A stretch of 64,000 nucleotides of DNA from Yuukianura sp. NJ FZ-2021 (GCA_046563655.1 CM102286.1:5456001-5520000), one strand, 5' to 3'; positions 1-17,038 are shown, counted from the first letter of the stretch. Numbers and translations are program-made. Notes: generated by a model not told the origin, from the sequence alone.

Positions 1-1814
1 CTTTGAGGTGAATCATTCTCGTCTTTTCTCTTTTGTTTTGTTCATAAGATTCCCATCACTTACTTTCCTTGCCCCTCGCCTCGGGTCACTCAGCTCTCGT
101 CGTCGACACTATCTTCGGAGTTTGTTTACCCGGTTCGTTGTTGTAAATTAAGTAAGTGACTTTTACTACGTAGTCGCAAATTTGCATTGCATTGCATTCT
201 TATAGTAAGTTGATATTTAAGGTTCTAAAAGTAAAGTACTGTTGCTGGGTAATCTAATACATCAATCTAACAAAATTTTATTTGCGAATTGTCTTCGTGG
301 CCGTGGATTGAAAATGACGATTCTTCTAAGCTTTGTTGTAATAACACTTTAGAAAGTTTGTCGATACAACGTTTAGGGACAACAGTTTATTGTACTATTT
401 TTTGCGTAACAGTTTCTTCAAACATACGTTCCTCATCACTCGATCAATCGACATTCAGGAATTGGTTTGTTTGTAATAATGTATTTATTTAAGTTGATAT
501 TTTTTGAAGCACTGCTAACGTATTGTGAAAGCTGAATTGTTTTTGTCTGCTTTGAACCCACTAGGAACAAAGCGACCAGCACAAACAACCAGTCACCTAA
601 ACTTTTTTGACGTTTTATACTAATCTTATCTACATTACGTGGACGTCGCACGAGTGGACGAGTGGAGGGCGTTTTTACTGATCGTTTCGAAGTGCTTTGT
701 GAAGTTCAAGGTGGAAGTCAACCCAATCAGCTTCATTCCTTCTGGGGTCAGAGCCGTTTTTGAATCTGGTAAGTCAGAATTAATGAATAGAAGACTCCGG
801 GGGAGTACTAAGTAAAGATTTGATGATGAAACGGAAAACATTGGTTACGTGTGTATTACTTTTACAGGTTGGAATGAATCAAGCGGTATATAGAGATGAA
901 AAAACGTTAAGTCTCGACTAAAGGCGGTAAGCTTTACTAACCATTAACCATTCTATTACATGTTACAGTCATTTCCATTTGATATCTTTTTGGATTGGTT
1001 ATAATCATGATTCACGACTAGGAAAGTATCAACATAGGAAACAGAACTACTGATCGTAATTAAGTCCGTCAGGGTTAGATTTGAGACTAACGATAAGTAC
1101 CGTGTGTTCTATTTTCCATTCCCATCCAAACAACTTTTTGTAGTTGGCGTTGGTGATTCGGTAGTCACGGATCAGGTTAAAAACTTCATGTTCTTAGAAT
1201 CGTTTTCAATGCCAAAGGAAGACGGAGTACTTTTGCTATACCTAGTACTCAAGCCCTGCGATTTAACCATAAAGTTATTTTTATTAAGCTGGTTTATTTT
1301 TGGGTTGGACTTGACGTGGCTGTGAAGCTCCTTTCCTGGGATTGAGGATGTGAAGCCCTTAGCCATTTCTTGACCGCCCCTTTGAATTTAATGGCTATTC
1401 ATATTTCTCTTATCTGGTGGCCAGCACACTTTTAAAAATATCTAGCTAATTTTGGAAACAAAGGAATCGGACAGACCTAGGGCAACTTATTTGAACAGAG
1501 CATGTTAAAAAAAGTCGCCAGAACAAATTTGAATATTGAGCTGAATTTAGTTTCCGGACATTCCCCCGTTCAGAATCACTATCTACGACTTTTATTTTGC
1601 CCTTTGAGCATTGCCAGTAAAATACTTTCTATTTGGTTGCCTCCCAGACTCACACAAAAGAAAAATTCCAATTCAAAATGGTTCTTAGATTCCAAAGGTC
1701 GTTATTAAACTTACTATTTCACAATTGATTTAATAATTATACTTCGTTTGTTACGCTACGCAGAAGTTTTATGTGTCTTCTTGTTTCAGGTTCCACTCAA
1801 GGTATCAACACTCA

Positions 1815-4684
<2,870 letters not shown>

Positions 4685-5830
4685 GTATTATTCTTTCACC
4701 GTGATCTGCGACTACTGTATAGCTAGTTCTTTACACATTAATCTACCTTCCCCTGTTCCGGTCCTGCGATAAAGGTAACCCTACCTTTTCATTTTTTTAT
4801 TATTTTCCATTTCTTAACCACTGATTCCAGACACGTCTCATCATTCCAGTTTACCACAATTGGTTTTGTCACGAGACGCCAGTAGTATCATATGCTGCGA
4901 CATTTTGTAATGCTTCCCATCTGACTTCAGGCCTTTCTGGCTGTACTAACGCCTACAAATGCTATTTTTGTGTAACTTAACACTTGATGTCGCAAAGCGC
5001 TTAGGTTTCACTTATTCTTTTATCCTGTCGGATGGAATCATTTGATTTAATGTCGCCTTGAAAGCTTACAATTTGTAACGAGGTAAAGCGGCAGATAAGT
5101 AAAGGAGCTACAACCGCTTTCACATAAGAACCATTCAAAAAAGTCTATTCTGCCAAATTGTCCATAGCGCAACTTTGTTTCTTCTGAGATGAATTCACTA
5201 TGAGATCTCTGCGCTTATATTAAATGTTGTCATACATAATAGATTTTCTTTTTGTTTTCATTTCAGTAAGCAAGTAAAAGTGAAAGTACAAAAGACAGGG
5301 TAAGGATACACAGAAGTAATTGAGATGTCTTCATCACGAATCAATTTACGAGGGATAGGAAGTTTTTGCATTTGGGCAATTCTGTACTACTCTACACACT
5401 CGATCTTTATCTCAGCATCTTTCTGAGCCGTATCGACTGGTTTTTGTAGCACTCTGAACCGAACTGAATATGTATTATACAATTATGACCGGAACATAAT
5501 AACTAAGCCTTCAAAATAAGTTTTCGAGAGGAAATTACTGTACAGTGCTTGGCACTAAACTGTTAAAGTTGGATGGAAGTTCAACACAATTTGTTTATGA
5601 TGTTAAATTATCATGTTTGATTTAAATTTGTAAATAGGGCCATCGTTCATTTATAATCATGCATAACCTACGTTCTTCTTTTGATTGTGTACTTATAACC
5701 ATCATGGTGAAAAGTTGTACTAGTTACGATTGTGAAAATGTTGTTACACTGTAACTAATTTGTATAAGCTATTATTATTCTTTAACCCTACAGATATTGA
5801 TAATATTCGAGCGCACAAAATGGGATAGCT

Positions 5831-5941
5831 AAAAAAAATCAAATGAAAAAATCCCGAAAAAAAAACATGAAAAGAAAACAAAAAGCAAACAAAAAAAGAC
5901 AAAAAAGAAAAGAAAAACCAAAAAAACAAAGGAAGACAAAG
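5831..5941 (+). repeat. A-rich low-complexity tract (~110 nt) downstream of the PAP coding region
   Basis: Runs of A interrupted by single C/G bases (aaaaaaaatcaaatgaaaaaatcccgaaaaaaaaacatgaaaagaaaacaaaaagc...). Confidence 0.85.
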
Positions 5942-8900
5942 CATTAACCAGTATCAAGTTTATGCTCCTTACAGCCGCGTTGTTCGGGTTGGATTCCCCG
6001 GACCTTACACGGAAGTACTTTCCTTGCGAATTCCAGCAGTCTCCCGTAAGTAGCAAAGAAACAAATCTCTATTCACAATTTTATTACTTCTAGTCACGAA
6101 TTGTAACCATTTTGTTTATTATCATTCCAGACTAACCATCAGGGAAGACGTTTTTGCAAAAAGCTCGGACGAGGAGAAGACGACGGCAGTATTGAATCCG
6201 TGGGTTTACTCAAGCAAAACATCAAGAGCGAAGTGTTTTGCCACAAGGACGGATGTGGCTGGGCGACAACGAACGCCTATTGAAAATTGTGTTATTTCTC
6301 AACAGGTTTGAATGGGCTGGACAAGTATCCCCCAGAGAAATAAGGAGAACTTCCTTTGTGCCTTTAGAGGAGACATAACATCGGTATTCCTTTCGAGATT
6401 TCCAGTGGCACTGTTAGGTAAGTTCTAGTTTCTGATACTTCCAAGAAATTTAGCGTCCCTACTACTATCAACATCAAAACTATCTTAGGTTTTATGTGTC
6501 GAAGGACCCTACGATTACCCTAAATTGTTAGGCTAGGAAGTGCGACGATGAACTGTACGAAAATTGTAAAAACTTGGATTGTACATGTAGTTAATCTTGC
6601 AGCCTATAAGTTTGCATCAATTTTTCGGAGCAATAAAGAGCCACATCTTCTGTGGTAGTCTCACGACTAATGTTGGTTTTGGTGGCTTGTAAAAACATCG
6701 ATCAAGTTTTTTCTTCGTGTTCAACTGTTACTTGGGGTAGTTGTAAAGGAAGATTAGGTTTTAGTTGGAGAGAAAGCGGATAAGCGTGGGAAAGCTGGTA
6801 GAGTGGTCAGTAGTATTTAAGTGGATTTTGGATGTCATAATCTACTGGACTTGAAGATGCTTCAGAAGTATTGGGCATGAAGATGCTTCGGGAGACTCTC
6901 ATTACATACGAAAAGATCAAGGTTTTAATGCAGTTTGTAAAGATCGATTCTCAATTATAAGGTTATGTCTTCAAACCTTCAGAGCGAAATTATTTTAGGC
7001 TTATGGGGATAATAATTTGAGAGAAAAAAGCTTCCGGGAGATGAATTCCCATTAAAACGTTCGTTTTCTTTTCAATTTTTGTGCAAACATGGCGTACATG
7101 GAACGGAATGGTTCAATCGAACATGAATCATGACTCATCATTGGTTCTAAGAAACTTATTACTAAACTGACTCTAGGTGGGAGGTGAATGATGTCTTTTT
7201 AGTGTTCTTTGAACACTTTCTTCTATAATATTGGAAAAAGTTTTGACAGGAAGGTGTGGAGGTGGAGGTGGAATGAAAAGTAATCGTAATATGAATATGT
7301 TTGACTGAAATTGTGATTGATGGGTAAAATATGGTGATTTCTGGGGTCTTCCACACTATGGTTATCGTTATTTTAGACAAATTGTGAAGAAGGGAGAAAG
7401 GGGGCTGAGATTGGCTGAACTTTCTCCTAAGAAGGACGCGGGGTTAGATTTTTAGTACAGAAAAGAGAATGATGCTTTCAGTTGGATTCTTCGCGTTCAT
7501 CAGGTAGGACTTCCCATCTTGAAGCCTTCGCGGCGACATTTACTTTTTTTCTTCTCCAGCGATTTCAGCGTCACACCTTACCTCCAGTCTACGTCTAACC
7601 TCATCTTCTAGCACTAGATCAGATTTGGAAATTGGAACATTGTCGGAATCCCAAATAACTTTAACAACGCTCCATTACCGTAGCCTATTCTCTCTTTCCA
7701 AGAACGCTCCAATTCTAACCGTATTCTTTGAGGTAATCAATTTTCTTAAACTCACAGTGAAAACGAAGGATCATTTTCTGCCTCAAATCTCTCGTCTCTT
7801 CTTCTTTGCAAAAATTTGAAGTGACTTTGGTGCTTTTTGAAGCTGTCGAAATCCCGTTAAAACCACAGGCTTGACAATTTTAATATTTTGTTCTCATCTA
7901 CTGTGTTCCATTCTGCTGCTTTTCTTTTATCATGAGAGCATGACTGGCCAAATCCAATTTGCCACCACCGCCATACGGAATTATCCGGGTAAGAAATGAC
8001 TTTCTTTTAACTTCCTATGCCTCAGAAGACAATTTTATGACGCCACGATACTAATGCGAAATGGGGGTAGTTTTTACGACGCGACGTGGAAACCTAACAT
8101 CAGTGTTTTTTCTGTTCTTTAACTACTTTCTTTTAGGCTAAGCATTTGGCATATAATGAGAATAAATGTGAAAAATATCCTTTGACACCGTGACTTAATG
8201 TTCGGCAGGGAAAGTGAAAAGTTTGGGCCATAAAAATTCATTTGGAAAGTTTAGTGGTGGTGACGAAAACGGAATGAGGGCGTGTTTTACGTAAAACATG
8301 GCATGTTTTACGCCGTCTATTCCAGGAAGGAAATTTTTTGAGTAATAATTTTTTTTTTAATTGACATAACTTTTTGAAAGTAAAGTGAAAGTTGAAGCGC
8401 CTTAGAAGTTAAACTCATGTGGGGTATTAAAACAGAAAGTATGGGGTAGAGTTACGTTTAGCTTTGTTTGTTATTAGTTTACGTGGGTTCCATATGTAAA
8501 TGTTTAATACTAAACCTCCGAAACATAGAAATTTCGAAATTATAGAGCCCCACATAGTAGCCATATTCTAGTTTTATGCGATTCAACTGAATAATAAATC
8601 CAAAATCAAACATGATTAGTAAATAATACCAAAACCACTTTCATAGTAAGTCGGAATTACTTTGGAATGCTATGCTTTGTTTCACTTTTATATTTCATAG
8701 CTCCCGGTTGTAAACTTTTTTACGTTTTAATTAGAGCTCTGGCTGGTCAATGGGGTTTTGAATCCTAAGCTTTCATACGGGTGAAAGTTGTTAAAAACTG
8801 AATCCGAGAGGATTGTATCAGAAATGAAATACGCTCGCTAGGGGGTTATGAGAGGAGCAGGGATTTGAAGATTTGATTTTGCAAAATTGCTAAATAACAA

Positions 8901-11900
8901 AAATCAAAATTCTGAACTTGGTTTTTCTTTCTCCCTGTTTCAAATTCTAATTTTCCAGGTTCCACGAAAAGTTGTACAAACGTATAATTAGAATCCAATG
9001 ACTTTGCTAGTTCAAGTTGAGCACGATCCAGGACCCAATTTCCATTTTCTTTACTTTTCTTCTGCCTTCCAAAAGAAAAAAGTCATTAAAGTTTAGACTC
9101 TAGTCAGATTACTGGATTTGATTTGATTTGATTTATTTGGCCAAATGTTATCCTGCTGGGAAGGAAAGCTAGCTTCTTAATGTAAGTAACTATTTCGTCA
9201 GTAGTGGATTCTATTAGAATTTTCTTAAACATTAAGCAATGGATTGAATTTTGCAGAGATTTCTATTTCTGTAGAGAATGTAAAATGGAAAATGAGGTCT
9301 AAAAACGGAGAAAGTTTAGTCTTTTTAGAATCTTACTTAGGATTTGGGAGTTTGAATGAGGGTTTTTGCGTAAACTTGAATTAAACTAGTACTCCGCCAA
9401 ATTCTGTAGTATTTACTCTTCCGTTTGTTGTGGGTTGCGTCCCAAGGGGAAAGTTGTCAGGAACACAAGCATTTCTCTGAGCACCTACAGCCATTATATC
9501 TTTTGCGTAGACAATTCCCATTGTTTTCCAACCCTGCTCACTTTTGTCATAAATTTTTTTTTGGAGAGTTTTCTCTTGGAAAAGACATGGAGCAAACTGC
9601 TGAGAACACAACTTTGTTTCAACTTCAGTTTACTCTGTCCCTGTGGCCTCAGGATTTGAGCTTCTAAATGATTCATTCAAAATTTTAGCTGATGGTGGCT
9701 TGGGGTGAAAGCTCTTGATGTGAGGCAACATTTCACTGAGGCAGGGAACATGTCAGCTCAAAACCGGCGGCACACAATCATTCGCCTTGACGATCATTGA
9801 ACTGACTTGGGACTTAAGCACTATAGCGAAAATTAAGCTCCGCCAGCGTATCACATGAGTGACAAGCGTAAGGCATTGGCGTCATTCGTAATCAACAAAC
9901 CGCATAACTTCTCTATGTGCAAACTTTTGGCAACAAATTAGGAACGCCTGAAATTGAAATTTTTGTGGAGTCTAAACTTTCTCCGAATGCTAACTTTTCT
10001 ACGCAGAAAACGAGTTCTAGATCCCCTCGGTTTTGTTTTTGAAAGAAAACCAATAGTTTAAAGTTGTCAAAGAAGAAATTAAAAGTTAATTAACACGAGC
10101 TCCTCTTACCTAAGATATTACAAAGAATTGCTAAATCTTCAAAAGAGTTTTCAATCAACTGGGAAGGTTTAAGTTTTGGTCTTTTCAACGTCAAAGTTCG
10201 AACAAACTTTTAACAACTATGTTCATCTATTTTGATTCAAAGCCGCGAAAATTGAATTGGAATCCAATGAGGATTCTATCCTATAACTTTTCGCACCACA
10301 AAAACCTTATTTCCCAAGAGATTCCAGAACCAGACCAAAAGAAGAATCGAAAATCAAATGAATCCTTACTGGGATAAACTGCTAAGGTGAATGTGGATGA
10401 ACTACTAAATTTGCTTTGTTTTGTTCATGAAATCCCAACCTGCATTAAAAAGAGTAGTCAGTTAAGAAATAAAAACTCGGACGCAACACTTTTCCCGGGA
10501 AATCTTAGTATATCTTTTCTTAGTATTTTGAAATGTGTGCATTACACAAAGTGTAAAAGGCGGAAACACATTTCGACAGCAACTGTAAATAACATTTTAC
10601 TTTTTCTTTAAATTCTTCTGAGAAATGAGAAGTAAAACCGATTTGAGCTTGTGCACAGGGGCGGAAATCCTGTTATGTTTTTAGTTTCAAAAGCGTGTGA
10701 GGTTTGGCAATGGAAAGTGAGAGAGTGGAAGTCATGTCAGTTTTCCCGGGAGACATTTAAATTCAGATTTCATTTTAGTGCCAGGCCGTAGTGTTCCCTC
10801 TGTAGTTTTCTATTTGACGAAAGGCGGCGTGGAGTTTTAATTATAACCAGGATTAAGTTATTGCCATTCTTCCACCGTAGAGGTTTAGCAGGAACTTTCA
10901 CTTTAGAGTCCGGTTACCGAGAAAAGACTTAAATTCCCTAAAGAGAGCTCCTTGCAATAGGAAAAAAAAGAATCGCTTTAAGTCAGAGATGAAGAACATG
11001 AAAGGTAGAGTGTCGATGGAAACTTAAAAATTCCAATTAGAGACGAGGAAGAATTTTAAATTTGCTGAAAAAATTACCCAAAATTAAATTTCTACTTTCT
11101 TCCATGGCCAAGCTATTATTTTATTTTTTGAACTTTCCTTTTATGAGAGAGCAAACCCCGTCTACTATTAATTTCAAGTTGAACGATTTTATACCGAAGT
11201 TAAAGAATCAATTACCATCTCACTTTCTTTTTATTTCCACGTTTATGGCTTCGTTTTTTATATTCCAAAGAATATGGTAGAAGAAAATTGCTTTAGGTTA
11301 GGCTTCAGTTTTCGGCTGTTCAAAAATACATAAAAGTGGGGCAATTCAGAATACCCAGTTGCCCAATTCCTTTTGTTTCTGTAATGATAACAAGTTTGAG
11401 CCATATTGACACAGACAAGGGCAGAGAGACAGCGACTGTCACTTTCGCTATTTGGTTAAGCAGCAAAAGAAATATGACTCCTTGGAGAGAAGGATATGGC
11501 ATCTGCCATGAATCCAAAATCAAATTCTGTTTGCTAATCTATTTTGAAGACGGAAATTGGGTTCGGAAGTCCCACAAGCTATAGAACCAAATTGTTGAAC
11601 TGGAGTTCCATTCTGTATGTGGTGTTCAAGTACATCGCACTTATACAGTCAGAGCATGAAGCACGATTTTCTGAAAAAATTCAAACTTCCATTGTGCTGA
11701 TTTTTTTTGGCAAAAAATGTCTTTTTGTCATAAAATTCTTGTCGATGACTCACCATTTTCTTAAAATTTCGATCTTTTGGGCATTGTTCCTACATTGCAT
11801 TGGAGTAATAGGCGACACCAGTCGTTCCCATATTAGAACCAGCTTCAGAGTTCAGAGTTATTTCATCATCTCACTCAACGAGAGAAGTGTAAATAGAATT

Positions 11901-14900
11901 TTTTGGAGAGAAGGATTTGGATCATTCTCAAGATGTATGAAGACATGCAAAGAAAGTTGAAATTCTATTTTCACTTTATTGAAAAGAAGCAAAAAGTAGA
12001 AAAGGATTACTCTAAATCCCACAATAGGAAAAAGTAACTTTTTGAACAAGATTCAATTGAAAAAGTAAATGGAAAGGGTGGTAGAATCACTGAGGTTTTT
12101 ACTTTGGATTTTGAATACGATCTCCAATTTTTTTTTCGGAAAAGTTTCTTTCTACTTCATGCCATGAAAACCGGAATTCTTGTTTCCGCGAAATTGGTAC
12201 AGATTCAAGGACAAAGGCAAGAAGCTTTGCAGATTAATCTAGAAAACAGTTTGAAAAAACTTTTGCCAAGTTTAAATATTAAAAAATTGTACAATACATA
12301 GTAAGACAGCTCGTGATGGCAAAATCACAAAAAAATCATAACAAGTTTATTACATTAAATTTGTCAGGTTACGAACATTTTCTATATTTTTTTGTAAAGT
12401 GAACAAAAAAACCAATTTTTTTCATCTCCATCTACAAGAAAAGCACACGGGGTAGGATACGGAATTGTTTATTCCGAATCTTGCAAAATGTTGTGTAGAC
12501 TTTTCGTTTTAAATTAAGATAGGGATGAAGATTTCATTTTATTTGGACGTGTTGGAATGATTTGTGGTAATAGAACTATAATTATTGTGTAATGCATGCT
12601 TCTTCCACCGTTGTCTAAGATTGCCCTTAACTGTGGAGTGTTTGTGTGTACTGCCCGTCGTTTAATCATAGTGAAAGCAGGTGTAGTCCTAGTAATCTTC
12701 CTGTCTCCTAAACATCCCGCAACGAGGATCCAGTTAAGGCGGCACAACCCTAATCTTAACTTTACAATACCATATTCTTTGGATCTTCCCCCAACTGAAA
12801 CTTATTTTCTCGTTCTTGGAACCTTTTCAAGAGACGCTGCTGGCAAAATACTGGTTTCTTTTTATGGTTCAGCACTGTCGTAATACCAGCAGAAACACAA
12901 TGGACACAATCACATTCAATAAGACCAACTGCAATAGCTACTACACACAATTCAATCGACAAATATTAAATTTCGTCGAATAACAAATTCACTTTTCATT
13001 CATAAACTCTGCACATTCTCTGCTGAAAAAAGTCTTGTAGAGGAAATTGTTTAACAATCGCGTGCAACTTCTCAACAAACAACATATTGCTATTTTATTT
13101 TATTTTTTGAATTGTCAATCACAATTTGTCATCCGTGAAAATACCGAAACCTAACTTAATGTCAATAATAAATGCAACAATCAAAATACCGAAACCGAGC
13201 CCTTTTAATATTTTATAATGATCACCCTCGAGTCTTTGTACATAAAGTGGAAGCATTTTCGGACCATACTAGTCTACTTTCTAGTAAAAAAGCTAATTGC
13301 AATCATTTTCGGATCAATTGTAACATGAAATCTCTTGTTGACAATGTTTGTGTAGTCAGTATTGTTTTCCTTTGACTTTTAGACATGATTCAGTGAATAG
13401 AAAGACCTCCCGACTTTCTTTATACTTTCTCCTGTTCAAATTGTTCCACGAAGACAAGAAAAGCATGAGGAGCTTACAGTGGAAAGTAACAGGAACAATG
13501 CAATACTACAGGACTCGAAGCATCAAGTATATTTGTATGGCATAATGTTAATTCAATATAGTATAAAACTTTGAAAACGCGACATTGACTTGTGGAAACT
13601 TATAATGGACAGAGGCAGGCAGAGACGACAAAGATAAAAAAACGGAAAGAAATGAAAGCTTTTTGATGCCCGTAGGTTTCCTGAACCAGGGTAAAATATT
13701 ATAACATAGGCCCTCATTACTTACTACTTTTAAACTCGTTTTCCCATGATGCTCCACTTCACATCGTTTTTAATAAGAATGGCATTTGGCTTCGCTCTTT
13801 TCAAGAACAATGCAAATTTTTGTTATTCAAAAAAATTGTCGATACATGAATATAGTCCGTTTGTCTGGTTTCCAACAAAATCTCTTGTTAGCTTCTGAGT
13901 TTTAGAAAAATGTACAGCAAACATTATTCAGAATGATGCAAATACACGTTTTGTACTGAAAACATTCTTTCTCCTAGCACACGTCAATAAATTGCTGCAG
14001 GAATGTCTGGACAGTGCTGAACACAACTCCTTCAAAAACGTCTGAATGAAAATTTGGAAGAGTCACTATCACTCTTTTCTCAGGCAATAAAAAATAATAT
14101 AATAGGAAATTTATATTGGAAAGTTCCAAGTCAACTTTCTCGCTGCCAAAATATGATTCTCGGCTCCAGGTTTTCCGTTTCCCTTGAGAAATTGTTGAAA
14201 ACAAGTTTTAATTCGTATTTCTTGGTTTTCGAATGTTTAGAACTACTTCAACTGAGCTTCGAGTAAAAAATCAAAAACTTCATTAAAGTTAAACAACTTT
14301 AAAAAAAAACTAAAAATCCTTATTTGAAAAAAAATTTATGTGAAATGACTTTAACTTATCGATCAATATAGTTACGGAGTAGCCACCAGGCATAATTCTA
14401 AATACACCAGCATGATATATTTACATGCAACGGACGGTGATGGACGGTTTCCAGATTGGCAAAAACTTCAAACCTCAAGAGATTTAACCCGCGACTTGAA
14501 AAAGATGAATTACTGCAGCTATAAATACAAGTATAGAGTCTGAGGATCCATAATTTATTTTATCTATTTTTGTTTTGATTTTCAAATGGTCCTTGAATTT
14601 CACCTTGTATGGAATCTAGCATAACAAATTCAAAATTGGACAGGAACAAATCGCTTCTGTTTACGAAACTAGCTTAACCTTCTTTTCCTAAATAAGGAAA
14701 TAATGTTAGCGTAATCCGACTTTTATAGACCGCCTGTACTCACACCATACAGGTAGCTACTTTTTTCTCGAATTCAAGCCCGCAGAATCTTGTTTTCCCA
14801 AAATCCTAAACGTTTTTCAATGGAAATGTATCCGGGTTTATGCATTTACGTTTTGAAAAGAAAAAACGTATTACCATTCTTTTGATTTTGAAATGCAGAA

Positions 14901-15376
14901 TATTTCACTTTGAAGTGTTGGCGCAACTGTGTTTAGCCAACAAAAATGGTTCGTAGAGTTTTTGTCAGTGACTCAGTAGATAAACCCAAAGCTCCATTTT
15001 TGAATGTACGACAATTCCGTTTTTTTTTATCGAAAGGCAATGACAGGCAAATACACATGTATTATCGAGAAACAGTAGTAGTTAAGTTTCTCACACCATA
15101 CTTTGCCAAAACTGACGAACGACATCACTGTATTTGGCAAAACCGTATATACACGATACTCTGAAGGTTTTGTTGCAAAGATAAAATTAGACTTTTTAGC
15201 AAAATTTAGCAAAACTCGACTTTAGATGTTTATTTTTCAATATAAGTTACTGCTCAGTCAATGAAATGTTTGTCTAATTAGCAAAATTGAACAAATGGAA
15301 TTTTATTTGATGCAAATGGAGGAGAAAACAGATGATTCAACCTGTGCCATGATTTGGTAATTCAGAATTTGAAAAT

Positions 15377-15764
15377 TTATTTACTTTTTTTTTCAGTAAT
15401 TTTTCCTGACAATTGACCTGGCGAAGCCTTCTTGGCCAATTTTTCATAGCATTCCTTGCTTGGCTCTTTGGTTCGGCGGCGTCCAGTCGGTACAGGAAGA
15501 GGACGAAAGCGTCGGTTTTTAATTCTGTCGCCTTTGAAGTATCTGACACACCTATATTGTAGTCCCATAGACGCGCAGTGATTTTGGCACGTTATCGCCT
15601 TTCCCGGACAACCGTAGTCCGCTAGATTGGGAAAAAGATTAATGCTTAAAAAATGTTCAAAAATTTGCTTTGTTGCAAACAAACTTTTAAAGTTACTTGT
15701 CGAATGTGGCGGTCAGGATGAAAGCTGAAATCAGCACAAAAATGAGAAGAAGCGGGCTGTGCAT
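15377..15764 (-). CDS. Putative small secreted cysteine-containing peptide with an invertebrate-defensin-like N-terminal half (possibly a pseudogene)
   Basis: Exon 15764-15697 encodes signal-peptide-like MHSPLLLIFVLISAFILTATFD, followed by a GTAACT donor. The downstream ORF has DYGCPGKAITCQNHCASMGLQYRCVRYFK. In-frame joining needs the acceptor at 15645-15646 (52 nt intron); the stronger-looking acceptor at 15622-15623 frameshifts. Confidence 0.4.
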
Positions 15765-17038
15765 AGTTTCCAAACCTACGATGCGGGTGAAGTTCTGGAA
15801 TTTCGGTTTAACAATTCATGTTTATTTTGAAAACTCTTTTTTAAAAGAAAACGGGCTGAGTAATTGTAAAGGTTTCAGTTGGGTACTACCTTTAAATTTA
15901 CTACAATTTTTTTTTTAATTTTCAATTACTTAGCGTCTTGTTCAAAAGCCGTAGCCTTTGGCGTTGAAGATTTCCTGTTCTTATAAAAAAGTTCTTTTTA
16001 ATCAAACTCAAGTACAAAACCAATTCTTCAGACGGATGAGATTCTTCTCTTTGTCACTTGAGTTTTAGCGCTGCGCATCAGTTAGAACAATCGCTCCAGG
16101 TCTGTGTATTGGCAGACAAGCACTTAAAATCATCGGGAACTATAAAATGTCAATGTCATTGTCTTAATTTGATAAATACAAAGAAAAATCACACATCGCT
16201 TTTCTTTTTAGCATTTTATTCGTCCATTGCTGGCATATATGAGTGTTCGTTGTCAACGTACTGGAGGTACAACGAAGAAAAATTATTGCTATTGTATTCG
16301 TCAATGGCACGTGATTGATCGGCTAATATAAGAAGGCCGTAGCAGGTCGTTAACGCCAAACACAACGAAAACACGAAATACTGACTGTAATAGGAAAAGA
16401 ACTTAACACGTCAACTAATCTCAACAGTTGTGCAATACTTTTCTTTCAGCTTTGAAAAATGTACTAAGATTAGGTTACGCTTTTTATTCTCAGAAGCTAG
16501 GTTGGTAGGAATTTCACTCGTTTTTCTTATGGTGTCGTCGATTGTAATTTCGTCTTTCTGTTATCGTGCTAACTTCAAAGGAACATGCCATTGACCATAA
16601 CGAAAAACGACACCACGAAAAACTAGCCTTAATTGAATACGCATTTGCGACAGAAATGTAACCCTTACAGAATAACGTAAGACATGTCACATGTCTCATT
16701 TTCACTACGAGCTACAAAATTGATACTGTTGCTAAAACGTTAAGAGCATTTTCTGAGCAAGTCTAAGCAAAAAGATTTCACTTTAAGAACGAACGTATTG
16801 ACACTATCGCTTGATTTTAATGGGTACAGAATTCCCTAGATGTCAGTCAGAGTTAACGAAAAAGCGAGTAAAATGCCTTTGGAATTCCAGTGCCATTTCT
16901 GTACAAATAGTTACGCAGTAGTGACAGTACTTTGAAAAGAAAGTGCTCGGAAGTGTTTTTTTCCTTCTTCGCGATGTTTTCAACGCACTTTTCTGTTTTC
17001 TCCTCACCAGAAAATAAATACGTACAAGACAAACAAGA

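Noticed and set aside
6650..7850. Coding-looking stretches on the minus strand (e.g. VIWDSDNVPISKSDLVLEDEVRRRLE, IPPPPPHLPVK)
   Set aside because: Frequent stops and frame changes, no recognisable family, no consistent splice model.
9381..12962. Several 60-140 aa ORFs, plus a short duplicated TTGGAGAGAAGGAT motif (~11482 and ~11903)
   Set aside because: No recognisable domains or coherent exon chain; consistent with chance ORFs or heavily decayed sequence.
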